Positions 11,161-24,914 of a stretch of DNA of 64,000 nucleotides are shown piece by piece. The stretch's first letter is position 1. The number at the start of each line of letters is the position of its first letter. A model generated the notes under the pieces. The model saw only the letters and a program-made list of their open reading frames with translations. It had not been told where the DNA came from and did no database searches. Position numbers and translations under genes: made by a program. This DNA comes from Octopus sinensis (Eukaryota): positions 14,508,001-14,572,000 of the forward strand of contig NC_043004.1 of the NCBI RefSeq assembly GCF_006345805.1, read 5' to 3'.

Positions 11161-12080
11161 ACGTCTATATGTGTGTTTATGTTTACGCCTGTGTGTTAAT
11201 GTTTATTTTTTTCCTCCACTACTTGAGAAGCAATATGGTTTTCTATAAGTCATCGAAACATTAGAAGTTGTGCAAATGAATAAAGCGCGTGGTACCATAT
11301 TTAACCAGAAGATGTACACCAGCCGACAAGCTCTTTAGACATGGGTGTGCACCTTCGCCGGTTTGTGCAAGATGCGAGCAGGACAGTGAAACCGACCTCC
11401 CTGAATAGGGAGGCGCGAGCCTGTTTTCTCTCGGTAGTTGCTGTTGCGAAAGAGGTAGTATGGAAGACGAGAGTGGAAGGAATTGCAACAGGTATTTTCA
11501 TCTACAGTTTCGAGCTAATCGACTTTTTCGTTTTCCACAGGAAACGGAAAATAAGGCTGGAGAAGTAATACCTGTCGCAAAGTGTGTTTCGTAAAAGATG
11601 GAAGTCTATAGCAAGTATGTTGCGAGTGAAAGAACCTGTTTAAACGAGAATATAAAAAGGAGAAAGCAAAGACTTCAGTGTGACTATGTGGTATTTGGGG
11701 TTGACCGCGTCCTCTGCTTCATTTTTTGTAAATCACTCATTCTCATGTAATTGTATACATTTTAATTGTTTGTTTATTCATACGTTTCGTCTCATTCAAT
11801 ACACTGACCCCAATGTTTGTTTTGTCTGTCCTCGTATCGTCCCCTCTTTTTCTCAACCTCGTGGTTAATAAAGAAATTTACTGGTGTAGTTCTTTTCTCG
11901 CATCCCCCCTCTCTCTCTTGTCCATCACCGCCTTTCCATAGTGGCTATTGCATTCCCTCGACCAGGTCGAGGACCGGCAGGTACACGAAGCTGTCGTTGC
12001 TCACAATCAAACAGGGTCCGAAAATAAACAAGAAAACTGGTGTGTACTACCAAGTGATACACGCTTCCAAGTGACTTGTG

Positions 12081-12136
<56 letters not shown>

Positions 12137-12139
12137 CAT

Positions 12140-12522
12140 TTTATTCTCTTTTATCGTTTATTAGTTTCAGTCATTGTACAGCTGCCATGCTGGAGCACGG
12201 CCTTGAAGGCTTGAGTCGAACAAATGGATCCCAGTACTTCGTGAAAACCTTGTACTTATTTTGTCGGTGTCTCTTGCTGAACCGCTACATTACTGGGACG
12301 TAAACAAGCCAACACCGGTTGCCAAACGGTGGTTGGGAACATACAGATACATAAAGTCACACACACACAACAGGATTATTTCAGTTTCCCCTCTACCAAT
12401 CCACTCACAAGTTGGTGGTCTGCCAGGAACTACAGTAGAAACCACTTACCCAAAGTATCACGTAGTAGGACTGAACCCGGCACCATGTTGTTAGAAAGGA
12501 AGCTTCTAACCACACATCCTTG
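12140..12522 (-). mobile_element. SINE family A, diverged
   Basis: Recognisable tail (TTTCAGTCATT...CCATGCTGGAGCAC) and head fragments. Confidence 0.75.
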
Positions 12523-13183
12523 TCGGTGTTTATGTGTTCCAATTTGTACCTGTACTACTAATAATATTAAAATATATATGTATTTATGAAAACGGCCATA
12601 TTAGACGTAATTCGTAGCACAACATCTTACACTATACCCTTTTGAATATTTATTCTGAAACTGATCAAGCGTGTTCCTATATTTTAAACTAAAATTAAAT
12701 TCTAATTAGTTTTAATGTATTCTGTGAGCATTTTCACCTTCATTTCCTCTTCCATTCTTCCACTTGTTATGGATGTGTATTTATTTCTGTTTCTAAATAA
12801 ACACTCGTAGGTATATATTAAGAAAAATAGCTCTAAATTTATATTCATGAGATGATCGTATTTCTGTTGAAGCGACATACATCTAGACCAACCTTAAATC
12901 TTTATTAGATATATTTTTGTTTTTATAAGAAGGAAAAAAAAAAAAGAAAAAAAAGAATTGTCTCATAAATTCGAAATCTAATTTGTATTATTCTGACGAA
13001 ATCATTTCTGAGGAAGTGCTCGAGATATATAGAAGTGACACGGGAATAGTATTTTATTCTTGAAGAGGAGTTCTGTATCAATACAAGACACTAAGGAACC
13101 ATTTATGTTAATTACTGGTTATTATTCTATAAAGTAAGCGACTACCTGTGTGCGCATGTGCAATCTATATATGTATATATATA

Positions 13184-13222
<39 letters not shown>

Positions 13223-13229
<7 letters not shown>

Positions 13230-13270
13230 TGTGTATATATATTATATATCTTTATATATATATATATGTG

Positions 13271-13308
<38 letters not shown>

Positions 13309-14684
13309 ATATATATATGTGTGTGTATATATATGTGTATGTGGGTGTTATTTATATATATAAACACACACACCTGTAAACACACACACATGTACACATA
13401 CATACATACATGCATACATACTTGCATGCATATATACATTTATAATTATATACAGGACACAATACATATGTAGGTTATTATCGTTATGAATGGGTATATT
13501 GATGGTATGAATGTGGGGATGCTGGTGTGTATGTGCGTTTGTTATGTGTCAAATGAATTATTTCTACAGAGTGCAATTACACAGCTTATATATCGTTAAG
13601 TGGGCGATTTTTTTTTTTTTGTATATGAAGGAGCTATTCCTGATCGACTCATAAATTTGCAAATACACGTGTTTCAATATTTTAGGATATATTACACAAG
13701 TTTGATACAATTGCTGCAGTTTGTAGCCAAGGCGTAAGCCCCTACCTTCTCTGCTTTTTTTTCTCTTTTGTGTTTGAGAAGGTTTAATAGGACTCTTCTC
13801 TTCAAGTTCTGGGTGGCCACTTGAAAAAACTGATCGGCGACGAATGGATGTGTGAGCTGATGAAACCTATGCATAAACGTGCAGTGAGGAAGGTGCACGC
13901 AATGTGAAGATTAGTAATACGTATATCGATGAATTCCGAGCGAATTTGATTGTATACCTTGGCCCAGTCTTCGTCCTTTTCTATTCATTATGTTTCTACA
14001 AAACATAACGGAATAGTTTAATAATATATAAAATCAATTTAAAATCTTATGAATTCAATCCCATATGTGAGAATTTTACCGGATTAAATCCCATATTATA
14101 ATATTGATCTTATTAAGAAACTAAAATGTACAATTTTATGTTAAATTTCAGTTGTGGGGTGAAGCATAATTTTCTGTTTTGTTTTATGGGGTATATTCTA
14201 GTTATTTTGATATCGATATCTAATTTGTATTCCACAACAGAATATTCCTTTGCTATCTGTCACCTAAGAATCAATTAAGAAAACAGAGAAGGAAAACAAA
14301 AATAATCAAGATTAATTACGAAATATTACGGCAAAATTCAATTATTTTTCAATTATGAAATTTATCGATTTTTAGATTAATCTTGTTAACCTTGATTAAT
14401 TGCAATTATATTTTACATTTTCAAGTTTTATTTTAGGTGCAATCATTCAACGATTTTTGACAAAGCCATAAATACACAAACATGCATACATTGCGAAACC
14501 CGATACATCAACACAGACTCATTCGCACACTGGCTCCCTTACGTTAATACTTACATACACAATGTGTATGTATATGTTAATAATATTCTCACTATATGTC
14601 CATACATGATGCGATTATTTTAGACACATAGATACCCCATTATATATAATATATTATATATATTATATATACACCTATACATAA

Positions 14685-14738
<54 letters not shown>

Positions 14739-16115
14739 GTGTGTTATATATTATATATATTATATATATATATGTGTATGTATATATATATTATATATAT
14801 ATATATGTATGTATATATATATATATGTGTGTGTATATATATGTGTATGTGTGTGTATTTATATATATATATAAACACACACACATGTACACATACATAC
14901 ATACATGCATACATACTTGCATGCATATATACATTTATAATTATATACAGGGACAAATACATATGTAGGGTTCATTATCGTTATGAATGTGTGTATACGC
15001 TGGTGTGTATGTGCGTTTGTTTATGTGTCAAATGAAATTATTTCCTACAGAGTGCAATTACACAGCTTATATATCGTTAAGTGGGCGATTTTTTTTTTTT
15101 TGTATATGAAGGAGCTATTCCTGATCGACTCTCATAAATTTGCAAATACACGTGTGTTCAATATTTTAGGATATATTACACAAGTTTGATACAATTGCTG
15201 CAGTTTGTAGCCAAGGCGTAAGCCCCTACCTTCTGCTTTTTTTTCTCTTTTTGTGTTTGAGAAGGCTTTTAATAGGACTCTTCTCTTCAAGTTCTGGGTG
15301 GCCACTTGAAAAAACTGGATCGGACGAATGGATTGTGTGAGCTATGAAACCTATGCATAAACGTGCAGTGAGGAAGGTGCACGCAATGTGAAGATTAGTA
15401 ATACGTATATCGATGAATTCCGAGCGAATTTGATTGTATACCCTGGCCCAGTCTTCCGTCCTTTTCTATTCATTATGTTTCTACAAAACATAACGAATAG
15501 TTTAATAATATATAAACATCAATTTAAAATCTTATGAATTCAATCCCATATGTGAGAATTTTACCGGATTAAATCCCATATTATAATATTGATCTTATTA
15601 AGAAACTAAAATGTACAATTTATTGTTAATTTCAGTTTGTGGGTGAAGCATATTCTGTTTTGTTTTATGGTGTATATTCTAGTTATTTTGATATCGATAT
15701 CTAATTTGTATTCCACAACAGAATATTCCTTTGCTATCTGTCACCTAAGAATCAATTAAGAAAACAGAGAAAACAAAAATAATCAAGATTAATTACGAAA
15801 TATTACGGCAAAATTCAATTATTTTTCAATTCTGAAATTTATCGATTTTTAGATTAATCTTGTTAACCTTGATTAATTGCAATTATATTTTACACTTTTC
15901 AAGTTTTATTTTTAGTTGCATATCATTCAACGATTTTTGACATAATGCCATAAATACACAAACATGCATACATTGCGAAACCCGATACATCAACACAGAC
16001 TCATTCGCACACTGGCTCCCTTACGTATACTTACATACACAATGTGTATGTATATGTTAATAATATTCTCACTATATGTCATACATGATCGATTGCTTAG
16101 ACACATAGATACCCC

Positions 16116-16120
<5 letters not shown>
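13223..16120. repeat. Tandem duplication of about 1.4-1.5 kb (units about 13223-14645 and 14735-16120)
   Basis: Co-linear unique sequence offset by about 1480-1510 bp (e.g. TTTAGGATATATTACACAAG at 13681 and 15166). The copies differ mostly by 1-2 nt indels. Confidence 0.9.
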
Positions 16121-16150
<30 letters not shown>

Positions 16151-16315
16151 CTATACATAATATATATATATATATACACACACATGTATATGTACATATA
16201 TATATTGTATATATAAGTGTGTGTATATATATGTATGCATAAATATGTATATATATATATATGAAATATATATATATGTATATACATATATGCATATATA
16301 TTTATATATGTGTAT

Positions 16316-16348
<33 letters not shown>

Positions 16349-17282
16349 ATGCAGAGCGAGAGGGGAAGGAGAAAGGGCGATACATAGGAATATGCGTTTA
16401 TCTTTGTCTCGCTTTATTTTCCCTACTTTTCTGCCTACACCCATATAGACACACAAGCACATATACACATACACACACATACAACCACACACGCAAACAC
16501 ACACACTATTACATACGTCAGGTTTCTATATACGTATGTAAAGAAATCTTATTACGCCGAAGTGCGTCTGTGTGGTTTTGTGTGAGTTGCCTTGTGTGTA
16601 TGTGCTCGTGTGTGCGTGCATATGTGGACGTATGTATTTCGGTATAGTTATTCTTGTCAGCAAAGCAAAATAGGAAATAATTCTTTATTTGGTAAAACAT
16701 ACTTAAACTAATGTTACTTCTTGAAAGGATGCTATTTTCTCTTACATACTTACAACTATTTAGATCCAACATATTTAAGAATAAAACGTCTAGATATACT
16801 TACATACAAAGATGCAGGCAAACGCGGTAACACATGCACTCACTTGCACTCACATGCACTCATATATACACACACACACACACGTACACACACGCTTACA
16901 CAAAACAACACACAAACACATATGTAAAGTAGCTTTTCTTTTAGACGTATATTAAAAGCACGAATGTGTTCTACGTCTGACATTTTTCTGTCAAAAATAT
17001 TCTCTGTCCTGTGTTTGGGACAATAATTTCCAGTTTTTATTATTCACGTTTTAAGCAGTCATTATTTTATATTTTGTATGACATTAGCGTTGATTCATAA
17101 TCCTGTATGTCCTGCAGGCTGAATACGAACAGTCAATATTTTCCCCTTCAATTTGTACGTCATTATTTATCTATTAATTTATATTTGTGGTTAGTCAATA
17201 TCGTCCCTGTTTACGCGATAGCAATGCGCTATGTTATGAGTATTGCATCCAACATAACTCGTAATGTTGTTATATTTAACTG

Positions 17283-17730
17283 GGATCTTTTCGGTTTGAA
17301 CGGCAGTTTTTTCTAGCGGGGTCATATGAAATTGTCACCCATAATTATGACCCTAGTATCGATCTATTGCATTTCAATCTGTTTTAGGGTTGGGGTTAGT
17401 TAGAGTTAGGGTTAGTTAGGGTTAGGGTTAGGTGTGGGGGAAGGGTATCTTTTTTCTTCACAAACGTAAATAAACTCAATCTGATTCTTAAACGAGGGAC
17501 ATATTCATACGGTACAGAATGTTTTTTACCTCACTAAATATCAGTGATTGGTTGACATTGCAGAAATTGAAGAAAAAAAAACAACAAATATCTTACAAAC
17601 TATTGAATTTTCTCAATAAAGCCAAGAGAAAAAGATGTTTTATAAACACAGTCTACCAGTATATGAAGTTTAAAATTTTTTAGTTACCTAGAAATTATTT
17701 TAAAAACTGCCGTTCAAACCGAATTGATCC
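17283..17730. mobile_element. MITE with about 29-bp TIRs and internal (TTAGGG)n-like tract
   Basis: GGATCTTTTCGGTTTGAACGGCAGTTTTT ... AAAAACTGCCGTTCAAACCGAATTGATCC (2 mismatches). TTAGGG-type repeats at 17384-17432. No obvious TSD. Confidence 0.8.
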
Positions 17731-18113
17731 TTTCGTGCGTGTAAATCCGTAAAAAAAAAAACTGCTAATAATTACTGGCATTTGTAAAATGACTGCAAAG
17801 GTGAAAACTGTAAATTCAACGACTCTAACTGTAATAATACTCGTTCATGAATGACACACTACCATCGGTTTACTACCTCTTTATCATATATAGCAATTTT
17901 AATGAACTAAACTAGATAACTATTTTTTGGTAGATCAACATCTGTTAGCAACATAACGATATTTTGAACAAAATCACCATGGAAATATACGACTAACGGA
18001 AACACTGGTGTGTTATTTGAAATAAACACGCGCACACACACGCACGCCCACACATATATGTATATATACACACACATATATCATATATATATATATATAT
18101 AATATATATATAT

Positions 18114-18144
<31 letters not shown>

Positions 18145-18178
18145 GTATATTATATATATATTATATAATATATATATA

Positions 18179-18212
<34 letters not shown>

Positions 18213-18262
18213 GATATTTATATGTATATGTGTATATATATACATATATTATATATATGTAT

Positions 18263-20508
18263 ATTGGCCTGAATGTCTCTCCCCACCGGACATAAACATG
18301 AAACACAAACACTTCATGTCCATAATACAAGACATATGTGACAAATATGTCCCAGTGTGCAGGGCCGCACACACAAGAACAAAAACAGGATCCCTAGAGA
18401 AAGGAGGATTCTTATGAGACGACGGACAAGAATTGCAAACCGCCTGAGCAATCACACCAAAATTGGTGAGAAGTCTCGGCTCGAAAGAATGCTAATGGAA
18501 ACTGAGAAAAGTCTACATCAGTCCCATGAAAAGGAGAGAGCAGATAAAGAGCTTGGTAATAGAAGATATAAAACAATCAAACCTAAAGCTTTCTTTAAGT
18601 TTGCCAAAGAGACAGCCACAGTGCACTAGAGAATAGGACCTCTCTTCCAAAAAGATGGCTCTCTCACAGGAAATCCCACGAGGATAAGTGAAATACTGAA
18701 CGAACAGTTCCAAAGTGTGTTCACTACACCTCTAGGACACAGGCAAGTAAACAACCCAGAAGAATTCTTTGCCACTTTACCCGCGGCCAAAGAGACAAAA
18801 ATTGAGTACATCAACATCGAAGATGATGATATCACACTAGCCATTGATGAGATTGACACAAACTCAGCTGCTGGACCTGATGGATTCCCAGCGATCCTTC
18901 TCAAATCATGCAAACGAGCCCTTGCAAAACCGCTACAGCTTCTTTTTCAGAGCTTTCTTGCAAGTGGTAAGCTCCCAGTCAAATTGAAAGAGGGGGTATA
19001 TGCCCTATCCATAAGGGAGGTAGCAGAGCAGATGCTAAAAATTATAGGCCTATCTCTCTGACCTCCACACATCAGCAAAGTCATGGAACGAATAGTCCGT
19101 AAGAAACTAATCATGTTCCTTGAAGAAAATGACTTGCTGTCTGACACCCAGCATGGATTTCGACCAGGTAGAGGCTGCCTAACACAGCTCCTGCAACATT
19201 ATGACTGGGTGTTGAAACAGCTACTAAATGGCTCAAATGTGGATGTAATATATCTCGACTTTGCAAAAGCCTTTGATAAAGTCGATTATGGTATGATCTG
19301 TCACAAACTGCGTGGTCTCGGCATAGGCGGGAAACTTGGAGAGTGGCTGCACAACTTCCTAAAAGACAGAAAACAGGCAGTTGTGAGCAATGGAGCCACC
19401 TCCAAGGAAACGCAAATAACAAGCGGTGTCCCACAGGGCACTGTCTTGGGGCCACTGATGTTCATAGTGGCCCTTTCAGACATGCCTTCAGTTGCTACGA
19501 TGACCACCCTTGCTAGCTATGGCAGATGACACAAAAGTCTCCCACGCAATACAAAACCCTGAAAATATTGCGCATCTGCAACATGAGCTGGACACAATAT
19601 ACAGGTGGGCTGAGGACAACAACATGCAGTTTATGCAGGTAAGTTCCAGGCCCTGCGCTACTGGCACACAAAGGTAAATGACGTGAAGACTGGATACACT
19701 GGCCCAGGAGAATTGCAATCCCTGAGTCAAAATCAGTGCGTGACCTGGGCATTGACATGAGCAATGATGCATCTTTCCAAATGCATATTGCTAATCTGGT
19801 GATGAAATGCAGACGGCTAGCTGGATGGATTCTCCGAACTTTCAGAACAAGAGAGAAGGAGACAATGATGGTCCTATGGAAAACATTCGTCCTCAGCGCT
19901 TGGACTACTGCTCCCAACTTTGGTCACCACACATATAAAGCTAACAGCAGAACTCGAAGCATTTCAGAGAAGCTACACTAAGAAAATCGTCTCAATGCAA
20001 ATATCAGCTACTGGAAAGACTGAAGGTATTAAACCTCTTCTCCCTAGAGCGGAGGCGGGAGAGATATGCGGTGATATACATCTGGAAAATCCTGGATGGT
20101 CTTGTCCCAAACTTTGGCATCAAATTACTCCAACCGCAGAACGGGGCGCCACTGCATGGTGCCAAGGATTCCAACATCACCATCAAAATACAGGTCCAGA
20201 TACTGCAACAGCTTGGGTTTCAGAGGACCACAGCTCTTTAACATCCTCCCTAAATGCCTGAGAGACTTACATGGTGTGGATGTGGGTTCTTTAAAACTAA
20301 ACTGGATCTCTTCTTGTTGGAGTCCCAGATGAGCCTACCTCACGACAGGAGACGCGGATGCGGGCAGCAGCATCGAACTCCCTTGTTGATCAAGTGCCAC
20401 GTATCAGAGGTGGATTGACAAATTAGTGTAGCTCATTCAGCGGTGGTGCCCCAGCATGGCCGTGGCCTTCGGGCTAAAACATTTTTAAGGATTTAAGGAT
20501 TTAAGGAT
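18263..20508 (+). mobile_element. CR1-clade LINE, 5'-truncated, ORF2 RT with stops and frameshifts, intact 3' tail
   Basis: Motifs SAAGPDGFPAILLK, QHGFRPGRGCLTQL, YLDFAKAFDKV (19251-19283), SGVPQGTVLGPL, and YADDTK broken by a 1-nt insertion (19518-19530). Ends in a stem-loop plus (TTTAAGGA)3 and is flanked by TA tracts. Confidence 0.9.
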
Positions 20509-20541
20509 ATATACATATATTATATATATATATATATATCC

Positions 20542-20581
<40 letters not shown>

Positions 20582-21364
20582 CTTTATATGTTTATGCATA
20601 TATATATATATGTGTGTGTGTCTGTGTGTGTGTGTGTGTGTGTTCCAAAGAAAGATGTATGTCCAAAGACGAGTATTTTACACTGTCATGAATTCGAATA
20701 CCGCCGCTTGTTTCTTTCTATTCTGCAAAACATATAACATACGCCACCTCTTTATCTAAAACATGACTATAAATTTTCTCGACGCTTGCATTGTTGCTCA
20801 GTATCATTGAATGTTTTGTTGTGTTTTAATTAGGTATCAAATAGTGTTGATTCTGTAGTCACAGAGACAATTAACCCATGAGTCATTTATTTTTGTAATC
20901 CCATAGAAAAAAAAAAGACATTTAGCTTCATCAGAGTGTACACTTACCAAAGGAAAGTTAACAATGAAGAACTGAAATGCGTAATCTAATAAGCTTATCG
21001 AATATCCTTGTTTTGCTTTAATTCGGGGTACTGATATTAATTTCAATTAATTTACCTTGCCATTGTTTGAAGACTTATTTTAATAACATTGAATGATTTC
21101 AATCTGTAAGAGATTGTGATGATTTCAAAAGCTATGAAGAAATATTTGGTCTATGGTTAAGAAATACATTAACTAAGTATATCGAAACAGTAACGTACCA
21201 TAAAAGTGGACACATTTCTGTCTGTTCACAATGAAAAAAAAATGCAATTGCTTTATGTGCAATGTCGAATTAACTTTTCAAAAAGAGTTGAGAAACGAGT
21301 GTTTATTAAATGTACATTGCGTTACAACTTTATTCTCCAGTCTATTCTTTTTACATCACCAACA

Positions 21365-21370
21365 CCCATC

Positions 21371-21416
<46 letters not shown>

Positions 21417-21426
21417 CGCCACCACC

Positions 21427-21458
<32 letters not shown>

Positions 21459-21470
21459 AAATAATAATAA

Positions 21471-21503
<33 letters not shown>

Positions 21504-21515
21504 AAATAATAATAA

Positions 21516-21560
<45 letters not shown>

Positions 21561-21661
21561 AAATAATAATAATAATACCACCACCACCACCATCACTACT
21601 ACTACTACTACTACTGCTGCTACTACGACTACTACTACTACTACTACTTCTGCTGATGCTG

Positions 21662-21692
<31 letters not shown>

Positions 21693-21695
21693 GCT
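21365..21695. repeat. Compound (CTA)n/(CCA)n/(ATA)n trinucleotide microsatellite with a three-copy higher-order unit
   Basis: CAAATAATAATAATACCACCACC(ACT)n occurs three times. It is the source of the poly-T/poly-L ORFs. Confidence 0.9.
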
Positions 21696-22137
21696 ACACG
21701 AGCGATTGAAATCCTACACACTATTTGAAGTTTCGTGGGCGTTCATTTTGCTAGAGATTTGATGAGAAAGACAGCAGATGTTAAAATAAATTCTAAATAG
21801 TTACTAGTTCTTTAGGTGTTCGTCGGTCAGCTGGAGTCACGTAGTCGTAGTGTTAGCAAAGAGTCATTTAGAGTTATTTATCTTCAATAAATGACCGCAG
21901 CTGACATATAGACCTGAAGGCATCTACAGAGATTTATGAACTCCATTCAAATCCCGTCCCCACTCCAACCATCTAACAAGAAATATGCGCCCTACAGGCC
22001 CCCGCACTTTAAGTAGCTGAATCAAAGTATTAGATGTGTGTGTGTGTGTGCGTGCGTGTCTGTGCGTGCCTGTATATGTGTATGTGTATATGTATGCGCA
22101 CATAAAATGTATGTCATGATATATACATATATATATT

Positions 22138-22182
<45 letters not shown>

Positions 22183-22199
22183 CACAGTAAATAAATTAC

Positions 22200-22560
22200 A
22201 GACATGGACAAGAACATGAAAACACCACATAGACGACACAAGAACACAGAAGACGGGACATTCGAAGCCCTCAGTCATCAGTCAAAAACCAGATCATCTT
22301 AGCAATTTCGGCTGATTAATCTTGAGATTGCTCCGATATGGCCAGCCCGCCAAGGGAAATCTAAGCCAAGCGCATTAGATCCTCTGGAAGAAAGCTTCGA
22401 ATGTATACAACACTGAGGACGGAAAACGAACGAATACACGAACAAAAATACAGAATACGTGACACAATAAGAATACAAAAACGTAAAAACAATAACGGTA
22501 AAAATAAAAAATAAAAAATAAAAAATAAACAACAAAACAAAACCAGGACGTAGGACAAGG
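22200..22560. repeat. Unclassified dispersed repeat (related copy at about 23630-23960)
   Basis: Shared CATTCGAAGCC...GCAATTTCGGCTGATTAAT.TTGAGATTGCTCCGAT.TGGCCAGCCC...GCATTAGAT segment in both copies. Confidence 0.7.
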
Positions 22561-22720
22561 GTCTTTCGACAGGACGAGTTGAGTATGGGGCTGGCTTGTG
22601 AAGTTGTGCCTAAAGGCCGCAGGGAGACGAAAAAATACGTGTTGCTTCTGCGACTGCTGGAACGAAAAGAGCGCTCAACAGCGGCTAGCGGTCAAGTGAG
22701 AACAAAAGACAGGAATATAC

Positions 22721-22814
<94 letters not shown>

Positions 22815-22854
22815 TATAATATATAATATTTATATATATATATATTATGTTATA

Positions 22855-22945
22855 AATCCAAACAAGAAAGCACAAAAAAAAAATACAACAACGCGAGGAC
22901 GTGGAACAAATATAGTATTATTGGACGCTCAGGAAAGAAGGAAAG
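22855..22945 (-). mobile_element. PLE pseudo-LTR 3' fragment
   Basis: Reverse complement matches 30640-30725 (TTCCTGAGCGTCCAATAA..TTCCACGTCCTCGCGTTGTTG). Confidence 0.7.
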
Positions 22946-23282
22946 TGTGGGTGTGCATGCGTATGTATACGTATGACCTGATGATTTTCTCGATTCCAGA
23001 TTTATTGATCCAACCCCTTACTTGGGGGCTTTATGATGATCCTTATAGCGACACATATTGAAGACCAGTAGATACAAGACAACACACTAAACGGCTAAAT
23101 TATATCTGTGAACAATTGTGTAGCAACGTCAACTCCTGTTGTTCCCCTACCTCAAGCACCCCATGGTACAAGATGTGCCTATAATCCAGAAAGGTTTATG
23201 TTTTTCGTAAAGTTAATAATGTGCTGAATTCCTCATGCTTTTTGTCTTTTTTACTTTATTCTTTTTCTCTTTTGCTCTTTTA

Positions 23283-23480
23283 GTTTTTTCAGTCATTTGA
23301 CTGCGGCCATGCTGGAGCACCGCCTTTAGTCGAGCAAATCGACCCAGGACTTATTCTTTGCAAGCCAGTACTTATTTATCGGTCTCTTTTGCGAACCGGC
23401 TAAAGTTACGGGGGCATAAAACACACCAGCATAGGTTGTCAAGTGATGTTGAGGATAAAAAAAGACACACAAACATACTA
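23283..23480 (-). mobile_element. SINE family A, 3' half (a 5' half lies at about 24095-24260)
   Basis: Tail motif CAGTCATTTGACTGCGGCCATGCTGGAGCACCGCC. Confidence 0.8.
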
Positions 23481-24842
23481 CACACACACACACACCACAC
23501 ACACGCGCGCAACCACACACACATTAATACATATATATATCATATAGATATATATATATATATATTATATATATATATATATATAATATATATATAAATA
23601 TTATATATAAAATATAATATAAAAAATACAAAATGCGGACAGGAACGCAAAACATTCAAATAGACGATACAAAAAACGGACGGGTCATTCGAAGCCGCTA
23701 ATCTTCAGTCAAGAACCGGATCATCCTCGCAATTTCGGCTGATTAATTTTGAGATTGCTCCGATCTGGCCAGCCCCAAGGAAAAAACTAAGCTACGAGCA
23801 TTAGATTTCTTGGAAAAAAGATCGAATGTATACGAAACAAGGACGGAAAAACGGACGATGTTACACGAATATAAATACAAAAAACAAAAAGTAATATGAA
23901 TATAAATACAAAAAACAATAATAATAATAATAACAGGACAAAAACAACAGGCGTCTTTCGACTTTATACAGTTCAACTTAGCTGGCGTATTTGAAAAATA
24001 ATGCCTTTCGGCAGACGAACAGATCGGTGTTGTCGTGGCGCTGGTCAGAAGCCGAAAGGCTATAGTTGACAGGCTGTCACGTGAGAAGAGAAGAGAGAGA
24101 AACGGGCTTCTTTCAGTTTCCGTCTACCAAATCCACTCAGAAGACTTTAGTCGGCCCGAGGCTATAGTAGAAGACACTTGCTCAATGTGCCATGCAGTGG
24201 GAATGAACCCGGCACCATGTGTTTGGTAAGCAAGCTAATTACCACACAGCCACTCCTGCAAATTTTCATTCTTACACCAATTCTTCTTAATGTAAAAGCA
24301 CAGTTACTGTAACTCTCTCAGAAGTTTTCAAGTTTACAAACGCAAATGAAACAAATTTGTAAACTGTAACTTTCTTATAAACAAACAAATATCAAATTCT
24401 GTTTAAACAAATTATCGATTCTTTTATTTAATTTGTGATCCATCGTGTGATTACAAACAAGCACCTGATAGTAATTAAACATAAAAACACACACACATAC
24501 ATACATATATATATACACACATACATATGCACATATATATACATATATATATGCGTATAGTTGCACATAATAATGCATATACATACATGTATACATACAT
24601 ACACACACATATATACATATTATATATATATATATATGTATATACATATATACATACATACTTATATATATATATATATATACATACATACTTATATATA
24701 TATATATATATATGAATGTACACTACATACGCGCGTGCACACACACGGATACATGTATAAGCACACATACACGTACACACAATAAATATATTCACATACA
24801 AGTATGTGTCTGTATTTAGGCATGTGTGTGTATATGTTTGTT

Positions 24843-24914
<72 letters not shown>

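Noticed and set aside
17384-17432. True telomere or chromosome-fusion scar
   Set aside because: Only about 50 bp, degenerate, and enclosed by MITE TIRs.
21440-21600. Regularly spaced repeats superficially like a CRISPR array
   Set aside because: The spacers are themselves (CTA)n, the context is eukaryotic, and there are no cas genes.
21206-21762. Poly-Thr/poly-Leu/poly-Pro ORFs resembling mucins
   Set aside because: Trinucleotide microsatellite open in several frames, with no splice context or unique domain.
22255-23760. Minus-strand CTGATGA/CTGAAGA in the 22.2/23.6-kb repeat as possible hammerheads
   Set aside because: Followed by GAAT rather than GAAA and no consistent stems could be drawn.
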